Shown: positions 63,484-64,000 of the stretch, piece by piece
How the letters are laid out: the number at the start of each line of letters is the position of its first letter
Numbering within the stretch: the stretch's first letter is position 1
Assembly (NCBI GenBank): GCA_963665615.2
Contig: CAXXQE010000001.1
Coordinates: forward strand, 1-64,000
Length of the DNA: 64,000 bases
From: Syntrophales bacterium
Lineage (GTDB): Bacteria > Desulfobacterota > Syntrophia > Syntrophales > UBA4778
Reading direction: 5' to 3'
The notes under the pieces: generated by a model
Seen by the model: only the letters and a program-made list of their open reading frames with translations
The model's database searches: none
What the model was told of the DNA's origin: nothing
Position numbers and translations under genes: made by a program

Positions 63484-64000
63484 TTACTTCTTTAACAGTT
63501 TCATCGCCCGCTCGCAGACGTTCTCCACAGAGAACCCGTAAGCCTGCATGAGCCTGTCGCCGGGCGCGGAACTGCCGAAATGATCGATGCCGAGCACGTC
63601 CCCCTGGTCGCCGATGTATTTGTGCCAGCCCTGACTGGCGCCTGCTTCCACTGCCAACCGGGGTTGTGCCGAACGCGGCAGAACGCTTTCTCGGTAAGCA
63701 TCCGGCTCACGGTCGAAGAGTTCCCAGCTCGGCATCGAGACGATGCGCGCCTGGATGCCCTTATCCAGGAGTTTTTCTCGCGCCGCTACGATCAGTTGCA
63801 CCTCTGAGCCCGAAGCGATCAGGATAATGTCCGGCCGTTTATCCGGGGCATCGGCGAGAATATAGGCGCCCCGTTCAAGGCCTTCGGCAGATGCCAGCTC
63901 AGAGCGATCAAGGGTCGGGACGTTCTGGCGTGTCAGAATCAACGCCACGGGTTTATCGGGCCCTTCAATGGCCGCTCGCCAGGCAGTGGCGGTTTCGTTG
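63484..64000 (-). CDS. tkt: Transketolase, C-terminal part
   Basis: LILTRQ, IASGSEV, VSMPSWELF, VEAG, FGSSAP. Confidence 0.92.
   Translation of the reverse strand, partial: NETATAWRAAIEGPDKPVALILTRQNVPTLDRSELASAEGLERGAYILADAPDKRPDIILIASGSEVQLIVAAREKLLDKGIQARIVSMPSWELFDREPDAYRESVLPRSAQPRLAVEAGASQGWHKYIGDQGDVLGIDHFGSSAPGDRLMQAYGFSVENVCERAMKLLKK

Overview
Chromosomal window from a flagellated anaerobic deltaproteobacterium; gene content suggests Syntrophales-like, which is inference. From left to right it holds: a pseudaminic-acid flagellin glycosylation operon (pseB carrying an unusual N-terminal MerR-type HTH, pseC, pseF, a PseA-like amidotransferase); an 11-gene chemotaxis cluster; yhaM, ruvX and mltG; the dcw cluster mraZ to ftsZ without ddl; tatA, DedA, an AsmA-like gene and oxidative-stress genes. 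Next is an ~11.9 kb element integrated at the 3' end of tRNA-Glu(TTC), bounded by 31-bp att repeats. It encodes a tyrosine integrase, serine resolvase, Prim-Pol/helicase, TerS, lambda GpA-like TerL, a terminase-nuclease-like ORF, an RHH switch and a Panacea toxin-antitoxin pair, but no recognisable capsid, portal or tail gene, so it looks like a packaging-motor-only phage satellite. The window ends with a HelY-like helicase, a sigma28-type gene, a PAS-GGDEF-EAL protein, ubiE/menG, menA and a partial tkt. At least 8 copies of an unannotated ~100-160 bp two-hairpin element are dispersed across the window, all on the + strand. They mostly follow TTGAA and end in TTCAA/CCAA, like IS200/IS605 derivatives, and two copies sit inside protein-coding genes. 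Six +1 frameshifts in G/C homopolymers, one of them in murD, look like sequencing errors.
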